Notes under the pieces: generated by a model | The model's input: only the letters and a program-made list of their open reading frames with translations | Database searches by the model: none | What the model was told of the DNA's origin: nothing | Shown here: positions 47,320-56,788 of the stretch, piece by piece | Position numbering within the stretch: the stretch's first letter is position 1 | Layout: each line of letters begins with the position of its first letter | Origin: Gemmatimonadota bacterium | GTDB lineage: Bacteria > Gemmatimonadota > Gemmatimonadetes > Gemmatimonadales > GWC2-71-9 | DNA: 64,000 nucleotides | NCBI GenBank assembly: GCA_039586365.1 | Contig: JBDHKN010000036.1 | Span: 1,886-65,885 of the forward strand | Direction: 5' to 3' | Position numbers and translations under genes: made by a program

Positions 47320-47356
47320 GGCAGTGAGACCGGGTGACAGGCAGTGAAACCGGGTG
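47320..47356. repeat. Two-copy tandem direct repeat with a 20-nt period
   Basis: The copies are ggcagtgaGaccgggtg (47320-47336) and ggcagtgaAaccgggtg (47340-47356), matching at 16 of 17 positions. Confidence 0.7.
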
Positions 47357-47368
47357 CGGGTGGGCGGC

Positions 47369-47400
47369 AAGAAAAGCAGGCGGCAAGGACAGTTGCTGCC
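47369..47400 (-). terminator. Probable intrinsic terminator of the upstream lipoprotein gene
   Basis: The minus-strand RNA is GGCAGCAA-CUGUCC-UUGCCGCC (8-bp stem with one A-C mismatch) followed by UGCUUUUCUU. It starts 34 nt after the TAA at 47434. Confidence 0.5.
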
Positions 47401-47433
47401 GTCCCCACCGCCTCTGCTACTCCCTAGGGCGCT

Positions 47434-48293
47434 TTACTGCCGCTTGATGGTGATTCCACTGTCTTCCGCCACCGCAAGGCCGCCGTGAATCGAAAGTTCA
47501 GGATTGCCTGGGTCAGTCTGATAGGCCCAGTCGAAGATCATGAATTCCGTACCCACGTGAGTGACTCTGATGGCACCGTAGCGAGCGAAAACGTCCCCGC
47601 CATCCATCTCGAACACATAGCCGTACATGGGGACGGCCTGATAGGCATCTCTAGTGAACCCGCCCAGAGGAGCCACATCGATCGACGTCAGATCTTCGAT
47701 CGGATCGAGATCGTAGAACGTGATCTGGGTACCTGATCGCTCGGGGACCATGAAAAAGTCTCCGTTCGCATCTCGATCCAACCAGAAGTCGATGTCGGTT
47801 CGATTGCCGTCGCCCACCGCTCCCAGTTCGAGGGGATCGACCTGGCCGTTGCCGTTGACATCATCAAAGAACCGGAAGCCGCTCACCAACGGATCCACCT
47901 GGTAAGCCCAAATGAGCACGTTACGTGCGTCTGGGCGTGGCGTATCGGCCCATGGGTCACTATTGGGACTTTCCACCACTTTGGAATCCCGTTCTCCAAA
48001 GCGCCGACCAAGAACTCAGGCGCAAGTGTACTCCCCTCCAGAAACCAATCTCCGTCGCACTGCGCGTCATCGATTGAGTATCCTGTACCCCAGATTCGAT
48101 ACTCTAGAAATGCGTCGGCGGGCGCGTTCAAGAACGCGTTGTCATTCCAGGTGAGGTATATCGCACCATCGAGACTGGTGCCCGTGAGGCCAGTGGGTGT
48201 GTCCAAGAGAACCCCGTGCGGCTCGACGATATCGTCATCTCCGCAGGCCAACGCGGTCAATACAAGTCCAGCAATTAAGGCTGAGCGCTTCAT
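47434..48293 (-). pseudogene. Lipoprotein gene (FN3-like domain plus Ca-binding-like D.D.NG.. loops) split by an apparent -1 frameshift
   Basis: ORF 47883-48293 carries the lipoprotein signal MKRSALIAGLVLTALACGDDD. ORF 47434-47979 has no signal peptide but looks extracellular (DDVNGNGQVD, DRDANGDFF). The two overlap by 97 nt in different frames. The frame switch must lie within about 47886-48015. Confidence 0.5.
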
Positions 48294-48440
48294 TCAAGTC
48301 CCCCAGTGACATGGAGTCGGTTTTCCAGATCGGCAGAAGGCGTGCCACTACGAGCAGGTTTATAAGTCATTGTACAACATACACTTACGACACAACATCC
48401 GAACCATGATGTCCTACTTGGAGGACAGGCCAGGGCACAG

Positions 48441-51227
48441 CTAGCGATTCACCGTCCTCTGATCGTATTGGAACTTGAGATCCGGTTGATCTGTGAGACT
48501 AATGTAAAAATTGAAAGCGAAGTTCCCGTTGGGAGCCTTGATAAAGGAGAAAGTGGCACGCCAGCGATGCATTTGTCGATCCAGCCGGAGCACGTGCTGC
48601 CCGAACTCACCAGTGGTGATGTTGTACTGAGTGTTCCAGGAGAGGGACCAGTTCTCGGTTGGTGAAAAACCCACCTGAAAACCCAGATTGCGTTGAGTCT
48701 CCGATTGTGCGATCGAGTCCCCGACAAGCCGGGGTCGAGCGTGTTTCTCGTCGTAAGTAATCGAGGACCGCAGGCCACCACCCGACAGAGGCCGCGAGCC
48801 CATCCGGCCGACAGCCTGATCGAGTCCCAACGGGGCCGCGGTGGCAGTTCCAGTCGGCTGCAGCATGTCCTCCCCACCCATCTCCTGCCCCATTTCCGGT
48901 TCCGCAACCGTCTCCTTCCCTGTGAACAGAGCGAGGATGTTGGCAAATGTGGCACCTGTGATACTAAACCGAGCAGACACGGACGTCAGAAACGGATCGA
49001 ACTTCGTCGTGTCGTCGCCCACAGGTCCGTCCCATAGATCGTGGGCTATAGACAAAGTGAAACCGCGTAGCAGGTCGCTGGTGAAGGAATTCTGCAGTGT
49101 CTTGGTGACCCACCCGTTCTTTCCCTCCTCCTTTGCCTGCTCGAAATCGTATTGGATCGGAGACGTCTGGATGCTCAGCAGCTTCGTCTTGGGAGCCGAG
49201 CGTGGATCGGAAGTCGTATCACCGGGAGGAGGCCGGAGTTTCCCCTCGAAGACTTGCGAGAGCGAGAGCGAAATCGTGTGTACGGATCTGCTGCGCAGTT
49301 GTGGTGTGTCACCTGCCGGCGAAATGGCACGAGCATATGCCTCAGGCACATCGGCCGCTGGCTGGAAATTCCAGCTCACGCGAGGGGATATCGAGTGCCT
49401 TATCCGGGATATCGGTCCCACCCCGGGGAAGAACCCGAATACAGACGGAGAAGCACTGGCCCCGAAAGACAACCGCTTCCCCTGCCGCACGAATGCTCCG
49501 CCAGTCCTGCGGTTGCGGACCATGAATGCCCCGCCGGTCGTGTTCTGAATTCCCAGCGAAGGCTGGATCTTCCAGGATGACGCGAACAACGTGGGAAGAT
49601 TGATTCCCGTGTTCCAATCGACACTGGTAGAGAAATCTTCGCCGAAGAACAGGGTCGTGGAGTCGTTCGGATCGTCCGGGTCCGCGATAGTCTCGGCGAC
49701 CGGAGGGTCTGTGCTCCGGAAGTCTGACACACTGAAATCGTTGCGCCAGTTCCAGGACCCAATACGTATGGGCGTGGCAAATCGAAATGAGGTCGTGAGC
49801 CTGTCAGCGAAGAAGAGGGAGTCTGCTACCGATACGCCGTTTCGGGGCGGCAATGGAATCCCGATACCTGGCTGCTGGTGGAGCGTCTGGTTGCGGCTGA
49901 GTGAGAACGAGGGGGACCACGTTATCGACTGGCCGAAGTTGACGGGCGCTGGGGACAGGCTCACGTTCGGCAGAGTCTGTGTAACGGTTCCGTTGCTGAG
50001 GTCCTCCGAACGACTAGCTCCCAACGTGAAGGTCCCCCAATCGAACTGCTTGCTGAAGTTGATGCGGCTACCGAGAGTGGCTGTCTGCACAAGAGGATCT
50101 ACCGAGTTCCGCTCTACGACGCTCGAACTCGTCGCATAGTCCACGCTGGCCGTGAGACGCGTTCGTTGGTTGAAGTTCTGATTGTGGGTCCACTGTAAGC
50201 GGAGCGATCGATCTCCCCTCGTGCTGTCAGTTCCCTCTTCGAAAATCCTGGACAGTGCGAGATCACCCGACATGAACTGTGACAGCCAGCTGTACTTGAG
50301 CTGACCGTTCACGGCCGTGTAGTTACCGGCAAACCAATCCAGCGACAACCGCAAGTCCGCGTAGTCGCTGATCGCGAAGTAGTACCCAACGTTGGTCAAG
50401 TGACGCCGGTAACCCGTGTTAGGACGGACCAGATCATTGACGCCGAAGCGCGGAACCAGTATGCCGCTGCGCCGACCTTCTCTCATGTCCTGCCAGATGA
50501 ACGGGAGCCACATCACGGGGACATCTCGAACGTAGAGCACGGCAGGACGGGCCACCATCAAGTTGTCAGATACCCACTTGACGTTGTGAGCGGCAAAATG
50601 GTAGTGCGGATTCGGATGATCGCACGTTGTCACGTCGTTCCTGGCACCGTACATCCGGGTTGCGGCGGAGTCGACGGCCAGATCGCCTCGGAGGTACCAG
50701 TCGACCCCCATCTGCTTGAACTTGGTGAGGGCCTCAGCCACTATACCCTGCCGCTCGCAGGTGTCGTACCGCATTCCACCACCCACCAACACCGTTTCCC
50801 TATCGAAAAGAGCCGGGGTGCCCTCGGCCAGCAGAAGGCAGTCAGTCTGTTGGAAGGTCACTGAATCAGCTTCCAGGATACTGTTCTCCCGTTCGATCAA
50901 CGCACTTCCCTTGAGACGAATAAGGTCCGTTTTGGCAAACAGCGTCAGACTGTCAGCGGCGTATCGTGTGGCCCCGTAGCCCTCTCGCCGGAGCAGGGCT
51001 TCGATCATCGAGTCCGCCGCTGGGAACTGGCGGGATGGTTGTGTCGGTAGTCCTAGCCCCAACGCGACCGCCGTATCGATTGGCTGTGGAACCGAATCCG
51101 GGCGCTGCCCCGGCTGCCCGGCCGCACGTGTTGGAGGCGGCCGTTGTTGTGCCGTCAAAGGACTCGTGAGAACGGCGGCGGCTGCCGCCAGGATACAGGC
51201 AAGCAGCTGCCCGCGACAACGAACCAC
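48441..51227 (-). CDS. lptD: LPS-assembly outer-membrane protein LptD
   Basis: GTG 51227 is preferred (GGAGGA upstream, 1-nt overlap with the tatC stop). It has a signal peptide, an OstA-like N-domain and TTCDHPNPHYHF...VPVMWLPFIWQDMREGRRSGILVPRFG, which matches the LptD hallmark (RRSGFL.P). A large barrel follows. Confidence 0.8.
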   Translation of the reverse strand: MVRCRGQLLACILAAAAAVLTSPLTAQQRPPPTRAAGQPGQRPDSVPQPIDTAVALGLGLPTQPSRQFPAADSMIEALLRREGYGATRYAADSLTLFAKTDLIRLKGSALIERENSILEADSVTFQQTDCLLLAEGTPALFDRETVLVGGGMRYDTCERQGIVAEALTKFKQMGVDWYLRGDLAVDSAATRMYGARNDVTTCDHPNPHYHFAAHNVKWVSDNLMVARPAVLYVRDVPVMWLPFIWQDMREGRRSGILVPRFGVNDLVRPNTGYRRHLTNVGYYFAISDYADLRLSLDWFAGNYTAVNGQLKYSWLSQFMSGDLALSRIFEEGTDSTRGDRSLRLQWTHNQNFNQRTRLTASVDYATSSSVVERNSVDPLVQTATLGSRINFSKQFDWGTFTLGASRSEDLSNGTVTQTLPNVSLSPAPVNFGQSITWSPSFSLSRNQTLHQQPGIGIPLPPRNGVSVADSLFFADRLTTSFRFATPIRIGSWNWRNDFSVSDFRSTDPPVAETIADPDDPNDSTTLFFGEDFSTSVDWNTGINLPTLFASSWKIQPSLGIQNTTGGAFMVRNRRTGGAFVRQGKRLSFGASASPSVFGFFPGVGPISRIRHSISPRVSWNFQPAADVPEAYARAISPAGDTPQLRSRSVHTISLSLSQVFEGKLRPPPGDTTSDPRSAPKTKLLSIQTSPIQYDFEQAKEEGKNGWVTKTLQNSFTSDLLRGFTLSIAHDLWDGPVGDDTTKFDPFLTSVSARFSITGATFANILALFTGKETVAEPEMGQEMGGEDMLQPTGTATAAPLGLDQAVGRMGSRPLSGGGLRSSITYDEKHARPRLVGDSIAQSETQRNLGFQVGFSPTENWSLSWNTQYNITTGEFGQHVLRLDRQMHRWRATFSFIKAPNGNFAFNFYISLTDQPDLKFQYDQRTVNR

Positions 51228-51982
51228 TACTCGCTCCTCCGCTCCCGGCCCCGTTTCCATACGAACCGAGACACCAGGATGCCTACTTCGTACAACAGCA
51301 CTACCGGCAACATCAGCATCAGCATAGATGCCACATCAGGCGGCGTCAGCATTGCTGCAAGGATGGAAGCTATCACGAGCGCAAGCGGCCGCTGCTTGGC
51401 AAAGCTGTGCGGCCCTATCAGCCCAAGACTCGAGAGAAGCACCATGAACAACGGCACTTCAAACATCAAACCGAACGCGAGGATCAGCTGGATCGCGAAG
51501 CCAAAGTAGTCGGTTGCAGTAATCAGGAACTCCAACTCTTCAGCCTGGAAGTTGGTCAGCAGAAACCGCAGGGCCACCGGCAACACCCAGAGATAAGCCA
51601 TCACGCCGCCGACCAAGAAGAGACCCAGGCCCGCCATCAAGGCGGGCGTTATGTAGCGTCTCTCGTGTTCGTACAAAGCGGGGGATAGAAACGACCATAC
51701 CTGGCCAAGGACAATCGGCGCCGCCAGTATGAAGCCGATCAAGAAGGCCAGCTTGAGAGTTACAAAGAATGCATCAGTCGGACGGGTGACAACGAGCCTT
51801 CCTTCGGGAAGGTAAGGTGCGATTGGCTGTTTCAGCAGCTCGAGGATATCGAAGTTCTGCACAACCATGAAACCGATGACCGTCGCCACAAACAGCGCGG
51901 CGAGGCTGCGGAGAATGCGCCACCTCAGCTCTTCGAGGTGGTCGAGGAAGGGCATCTCGCCCTTTAGGTCTTTCTTCGCCAT
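51227..51982 (-). CDS. tatC: Twin-arginine translocase subunit TatC
   Basis: The motif is MPFLDHLEELRWRILRSL. It has six TM helices. Confidence 0.95.
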   Translation of the reverse strand: MAKKDLKGEMPFLDHLEELRWRILRSLAALFVATVIGFMVVQNFDILELLKQPIAPYLPEGRLVVTRPTDAFFVTLKLAFLIGFILAAPIVLGQVWSFLSPALYEHERRYITPALMAGLGLFLVGGVMAYLWVLPVALRFLLTNFQAEELEFLITATDYFGFAIQLILAFGLMFEVPLFMVLLSSLGLIGPHSFAKQRPLALVIASILAAMLTPPDVASMLMLMLPVVLLYEVGILVSRFVWKRGRERRSE

Positions 51983-52010
51983 TTCGGGATGCGCCGGGCG
52001 CGCTGGCTAC

Positions 52011-52790
52011 TTAGCGACCCGGATTGAGCTTTTCTCTGGCTAGCTCCGCCTCATCCGACCGAGGGTAACCATTGATAACTCGCTGGTAATACACCCTGGC
52101 TGACTCCATGTCCCCCTTTTGCTCGGCAATCGTACCCAGCCGATAGAGCGCAGTCGGTGCCCGGCGGGAGTTGGGGTATTTCTGTACAACGAGTTCGTAC
52201 GCCACAGCCGCGGAGTCCGGTTCGCTACTCTGCCAGGACTCTCCAATGTTGAACTGCGCGTCGCCGGCAAGCACGTGATTGGGATACTGACTCACCAGTA
52301 GCTGAAAGGCCGTACGGGCAGTCTGTGGGCTGCCGCGTCTCAACTGCTGGATGCCAACATCGTACATCTCTTGCGGAGGCGGCGCTCCCGCCGGAGCCCC
52401 CACAGTACTGTCCCCGACAGGTGTTGCTGCAACTGGTGCTAGCTCGCGATCTTCGAGTCTGCGCTGCATCTCGCTGAGCCGCGCCTGGCTTTGCCCACTC
52501 AGCTCCTGTATCTGCATCAGCTGACGCTGCACCTCGGTCATATCGCTCCTGACCGTGCCCCGAAACAAGGCCAGCCGCCGGTCCTGGGCATCGAGTGAAT
52601 CGAGAATCTGCCGTTGCAGAGCGAGCATCTGCTGAAACGCAAGATCCAAGAAATCGGCCCGCGCCGAATCGGTGCGGGTCATCTCAGCACGAAGCTCCTG
52701 AACTTCCCGTTCGACACGACGGACGTCGCCCTTGAGCGCGCACGCGCTCAGGGCGACGGTCGCTAGCGCAAATGCACCAAGCTGCCTCAC
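52011..52790 (-). CDS. cpoB: Tol-Pal system protein YbgF/CpoB (lipoprotein, coiled coil plus TPR)
   Basis: GTG 52790 overlaps the pal stop (GTGA). It has the lipobox LSAC, a coiled coil and the C-terminal motifs YPN...A..A....G and VI..YP.S..A..A. Confidence 0.85.
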   Translation of the reverse strand: MRQLGAFALATVALSACALKGDVRRVEREVQELRAEMTRTDSARADFLDLAFQQMLALQRQILDSLDAQDRRLALFRGTVRSDMTEVQRQLMQIQELSGQSQARLSEMQRRLEDRELAPVAATPVGDSTVGAPAGAPPPQEMYDVGIQQLRRGSPQTARTAFQLLVSQYPNHVLAGDAQFNIGESWQSSEPDSAAVAYELVVQKYPNSRRAPTALYRLGTIAEQKGDMESARVYYQRVINGYPRSDEAELAREKLNPGR

Positions 52791-53413
52791 ATCCCAGGAC
52801 GCTTGAGGACGTCTCCGCCCGCCGTCACCCGGAATTCGGATCGACGGTTCTGAGCCCAGGCGTCTTCATTGTGGCCTGAATCGACCGGCACCTCTTCACC
52901 TCTGGAGCGCACCGTGATCCGAGACTCGGCAATGCCGCGGTCGACCAAGAACTGCTTCGACGCATTCGCACGCCGCATCCCCAGAGCCATGTTGTACTCG
53001 TCGGTGCCACGCTCGTCACAGTGTCCCGTGATCTCCAGGCTCAGGTTCGCGTTGGTCTGGAGTACCGCCAGCTTCTGCTCGAGCACTTGCGTGTCTTCAC
53101 CGGGACGGATGGCGTACCTGTCGAAGTCGAAATGGACCATTCGAGCAATCATCTGACGTACTTCTTCAGTCTCTCGCCGGAGGGCCGCGATCGAGTCAGC
53201 CGTACGCTGGCGCCGGATGCGCTCCTCTTCTTCTTGAGCGCGTCTGATGCTGTCAGCACGTGCTTGGGCGGCCGCGATTGAATCCCTGCGGGCCTGCTCG
53301 CGAGCGATCGAGTCCGGGTCGGGCCCCGGCACAATTTCGGGCTGACCACCGCCGCACGCGGCTGCGATCAGAATGGCGGCAACTCCAACCGTGATGGGTA
53401 GGGTTAGGCGCAT
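52787..53413 (-). CDS. pal: Peptidoglycan-associated lipoprotein (OmpA-family C-domain)
   Basis: It has the lipobox IAAAC. The OmpA_C motifs are FDFDRYAIR, GHCDERGTDEYNMALGMRRA and NRRSEF. Confidence 0.9.
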   Translation of the reverse strand: MRLTLPITVGVAAILIAAACGGGQPEIVPGPDPDSIAREQARRDSIAAAQARADSIRRAQEEEERIRRQRTADSIAALRRETEEVRQMIARMVHFDFDRYAIRPGEDTQVLEQKLAVLQTNANLSLEITGHCDERGTDEYNMALGMRRANASKQFLVDRGIAESRITVRSRGEEVPVDSGHNEDAWAQNRRSEFRVTAGGDVLKRPGM

Positions 53414-53427
53414 CTTTGCTCCTGTTT

Positions 53428-54945
53428 TCAGGGTTGGTTAGGCTCTTCGATCAGGGCTGACCAGTTCGGCATTCGCGCTCCTCCAAGCCTCGTCAGCTGG
53501 CGTACTCGTCCCGTCTCAATATCTATCACCCACACCTGTTCCGCACCGGTTCGGTTCGACTTGAACGCGATGTGCCGGCCATCGGGTGCCCAGGTTGGGT
53601 CCTCGTTGCGCCCCGCGCTTGTGAGCTGCCGCACTGTCCGGTTCCGCACATCCATGACGAAGATCTGCGGACTCCCCGCAACCGTTCGGTGAAACGCGAG
53701 GTTCAACCCGTCGGGTGACCACGATGGACTGTGTGAATCGCCTGTGACGCCATAATCATACGGCGCAAACAGCTCCTGGTCTGTCCCGTCAACTGCCATG
53801 ACATAAATCTGAGCCAGACCTACCCGAGTGGATTCGAAGGCGATACGCCGCCCATCGGGACTAAAGGCAGGTGAAAGGTTATCCGATAACCGACCGACCG
53901 TCAAGCGCTCTAAACAACAGTTCTGCGCGAGGTTATAGGCAAAAATGTCGGTTCCTCCATCCCAGCCGCGACTGAAGACGAGTCCCCGACCGTCGGGCGA
54001 TATGGATGGCCCATAGTTCAAGTGTTCTTGAGTCGCGGCGACTACTGACTGCGTGCCGGCAATCAGGTCTTGCAGCACAATCGAACCCCAGCCATCGTCC
54101 GCTAGCCGAGCAAAAGCAACTTTGTGCCCAGTTGGGTCCCAAGTGGGAGAAAACGCTCTGGCCCCAGCTGGCGTAATGGATCGCCGGTTGGCACCATCCG
54201 AGTCTACGCTATACACCCGGCCGCCGCTTACGAACACGACACGACTGGCAGCTATCCCAGGCTCCCCGGTGGACGTTCTCACGACAGCATCTGACGCACG
54301 GTGTACGGGAAGCCGGAACTCCACCGATCGAGGATCGCCTTCCTCGAGTCGAATGCTGGTTCGCACAGCCTGTCCCTGCACATCGTACACGTTCACCGAG
54401 AGTGAGGAATCGGATTCCTCCAGCACGCTCACCGCGTAGTCTGCTCCCAAAGCGGAATACAATGCGTAGTTGACGTAGTGTTCTGCTACCCCGCCTTCCC
54501 CAGCCGGGCCCAATCCTCCACGCTCCGAGGGACTACTGACGCCCAACACGAGGCTGTCGCCACCGGGCAGATAGATCATCTCGTAGCGGTCGCTGAACTC
54601 CATGTCTCGCTGCAGTATGGCTCGAACTGAATCAAGCAGCTCACGACTCGGCCCATTGAGGACTAACATCCCAGGCCTCATACCCGGAGTGTAAGTAATC
54701 CCGAGGCGCACCCCCTGCTCAACAGGTATGGTATCCTGGCCTAGGAGACCCGTGGGAATGAACAGAGCCGCTAGCAACAAGGACAGCAGGCGCTGCTGCC
54801 TTGCGCCCGTCCGCCCGCTTGCTGTTGCGCCGGCGCGGTGCGGGCTGTAAGGTCCGCGACTTTGCCACTGAGCTGCTTTGCTGCCACAAACCTCAGGACC
54901 AGGCCCGCGGCATACCGAAACTACGTGTGCAGACACCGCCATCAT
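53428..54945 (-). CDS. tolB: TolB-like periplasmic beta-propeller protein
   Basis: ATG 54945 overlaps the upstream stop (ATGA). It has repeated PD40 motifs (P.WSPDG..IAF). An unusually long Arg-rich N-region of about 45 aa precedes the hydrophobic signal core. Confidence 0.9.
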   Translation of the reverse strand: MMAVSAHVVSVCRGPGPEVCGSKAAQWQSRGPYSPHRAGATASGRTGARQQRLLSLLLAALFIPTGLLGQDTIPVEQGVRLGITYTPGMRPGMLVLNGPSRELLDSVRAILQRDMEFSDRYEMIYLPGGDSLVLGVSSPSERGGLGPAGEGGVAEHYVNYALYSALGADYAVSVLEESDSSLSVNVYDVQGQAVRTSIRLEEGDPRSVEFRLPVHRASDAVVRTSTGEPGIAASRVVFVSGGRVYSVDSDGANRRSITPAGARAFSPTWDPTGHKVAFARLADDGWGSIVLQDLIAGTQSVVAATQEHLNYGPSISPDGRGLVFSRGWDGGTDIFAYNLAQNCCLERLTVGRLSDNLSPAFSPDGRRIAFESTRVGLAQIYVMAVDGTDQELFAPYDYGVTGDSHSPSWSPDGLNLAFHRTVAGSPQIFVMDVRNRTVRQLTSAGRNEDPTWAPDGRHIAFKSNRTGAEQVWVIDIETGRVRQLTRLGGARMPNWSALIEEPNQP

Positions 54946-55643
54946 CTCGTCTTGGCAGGATCGAAGAAGAAACTCACAGGAAGTACATCCTCTGAAAAAC
55001 CATCCGGCAATGGCCCGAAAGCGCCGGCATTCGCCGCAGCCTCAATCGCACCTTGAGCTTCTAGATCGAAACCGAAATTGCCGGACCGCTGGACGAACCT
55101 GAAGTTGGTGACAGAACCGTCTCGATGGATGAAGAACATCACTTCGGACCGTAGTGAGACGTTGCCCGTGGGCCGTTGCCACCGCCGGTGCACCTGGGCT
55201 ACGATGTTACGCAGATATTCTGGGAACGGAAACGCAACCCCTGAGATGCTAACTGTTGCGGCGTCAGTTCCCGTGGAGGGTTCAACTTCGGGCACCAACT
55301 CGGCAGCTTCAGTCCGGGCAGCCGGCTCACGCTCTACTTCTGCCTCTCGCGTCGGAGGCGGTGGAGTTTCGGCCTGTGAGGTGCGTCGCTGTGGCTGGGG
55401 TGTCGGAACTGGTTGTTCTGCCGGCCGCTGAACGACCTCCGGTGCACGCCGTTGACTCGGTTCAGGTCGCGGCGCGGCCACCAGTTGGACCCGATAGAGA
55501 GGCAGCATATTGGGACGTGTGACGGTCGGCATCAGAAAGAACATGGCGGCGGCGCTGTGAAGCACTAGACTGCCGGCAAAAGCCAGTCCCGTGCCACGGC
55601 GCCGCTCCCGGCCACGCCTCGCCCTCCACCCCAACCCTCTCAC
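54942..55643 (-). CDS. TonB/TolA-family energy transducer (TolA position in the cluster)
   Basis: It has an N-terminal TM anchor, a Pro/Glu-rich linker and a TonB_C-like C-terminal domain. GTG 55643 overlaps the tolR stop (GTGA). Confidence 0.8.
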   Translation of the reverse strand: MRGLGWRARRGRERRRGTGLAFAGSLVLHSAAAMFFLMPTVTRPNMLPLYRVQLVAAPRPEPSQRRAPEVVQRPAEQPVPTPQPQRRTSQAETPPPPTREAEVEREPAARTEAAELVPEVEPSTGTDAATVSISGVAFPFPEYLRNIVAQVHRRWQRPTGNVSLRSEVMFFIHRDGSVTNFRFVQRSGNFGFDLEAQGAIEAAANAGAFGPLPDGFSEDVLPVSFFFDPAKTR

Positions 55644-56068
55644 CGACTTATCTCCTCCTCCTCCAGGACCACGGCAACGTTGTCGATACCGGCGTTCTGC
55701 ATGACTGCCAAGACGCGAACCACATTACCGTACGGAGCACGCCGGTCGCCTCGCAGGTACACGCCGCTCGGCTGCCGGCGACTGACCAGGGCCCTAAAAG
55801 CTGCACGAAACTCGGCGTATTCAAGCCCGTTCCGGTCTTCGTCGATGAAGATCGTGCCGCGGCTATCAACCGTCACGATCATGCCCTCTTTCGGCTCAAT
55901 CGGCCTGGGATCACCCCGAGGCAACTGGATATCGACACCACCCTGCATGATGGGCGCCGTGATCATGAAAATGATGAGGAGCACGAAGGCCACGTCCACG
56001 AGCGACGTTACGTTGATATCCGCTGCCAGTGGCAGATCTCCCCTGCCGCGGAACCGTCTTCCGGGCAC
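55640..56068 (-). CDS. tolR: ExbD/TolR-family biopolymer transport protein
   Basis: The motif is INVTSLVDVAFVLLIIFMITAP. Length is 142 aa. Confidence 0.9.
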   Translation of the reverse strand: MPGRRFRGRGDLPLAADINVTSLVDVAFVLLIIFMITAPIMQGGVDIQLPRGDPRPIEPKEGMIVTVDSRGTIFIDEDRNGLEYAEFRAAFRALVSRRQPSGVYLRGDRRAPYGNVVRVLAVMQNAGIDNVAVVLEEEEISR

Positions 56069-56071
56069 GGC

Positions 56072-56788
56072 TCAGATCCTCCCTTCCTTCGCCATCGCCC
56101 CGATGATCTCCTGCGTGAACCCTTCCAGCTCCCCGGCGAAGACCCCCAAGCGATTGGCAAGGATGTTGTAAGCGATCACAGCGGGTATCGCGACGGCCAG
56201 ACCCAGTACCGTGGTGACCAGGGCCTCGGCCACGCCGGGGGCGACCGCCGAGATATTGCCAGATCCACCCGCAGCAATTCCGATGAACGCATCCATTACA
56301 CCCAGCACGGTACCCAACAAGCCGAGCAACGGACTAACTGAACCGATAGTCGCTAACCATGGTATAAACCGCGCCATGAGGTCACGTTCCACGCCGACCT
56401 CCTTGGCCAATTGCATGTGCAGTACTTCCAGCTGGGTCGCTGACAGGGTAGCGCTCTGCACTCTCTCGTCTTCTTGCAGGGCACCGGGGCGCAGCTCGGA
56501 GAAGAAGTTGATCCCTTCCTTCAGTAGGCGTCCGTAGGGAGACGGGGGTAGTTTCATGACGGCGTGATAGGCATCTTCGAGACGTGTAGTCTTCTCCAAT
56601 TGGCTGAAGAAGCGATCGCCTAGCTTGCGGACTTTCCTGAACTGAAACCACTTGAGCAGAATCAGGAACCAGCACACTACTGAGAAGAGAGCCAGAATCA
56701 GTAGCACGATCTTGGTCGCAGGACTCGAAGTGGTAATGAGCTCCCACGGAGTTGTCGGGAGCGCGCCGCCCACCTGCATCAGGGTCAT
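56072..56788 (-). CDS. tolQ: MotA/TolQ/ExbB-family proton channel
   Basis: ATG 56788 is preferred because of the ATGA overlap with the epimerase stop. It has three TM helices and the motif LATIGSVSPLLGLLGTVLGVM. Confidence 0.9.
   Translation of the reverse strand: MTLMQVGGALPTTPWELITTSSPATKIVLLILALFSVVCWFLILLKWFQFRKVRKLGDRFFSQLEKTTRLEDAYHAVMKLPPSPYGRLLKEGINFFSELRPGALQEDERVQSATLSATQLEVLHMQLAKEVGVERDLMARFIPWLATIGSVSPLLGLLGTVLGVMDAFIGIAAGGSGNISAVAPGVAEALVTTVLGLAVAIPAVIAYNILANRLGVFAGELEGFTQEIIGAMAKEGRI

Noticed and set aside
47320-47356. The tandem 20-nt-period repeat, considered as a degenerate CRISPR or minisatellite.
   Set aside because: There are only two copies, with no spacer-like unique segments and no cas genes anywhere in the window.
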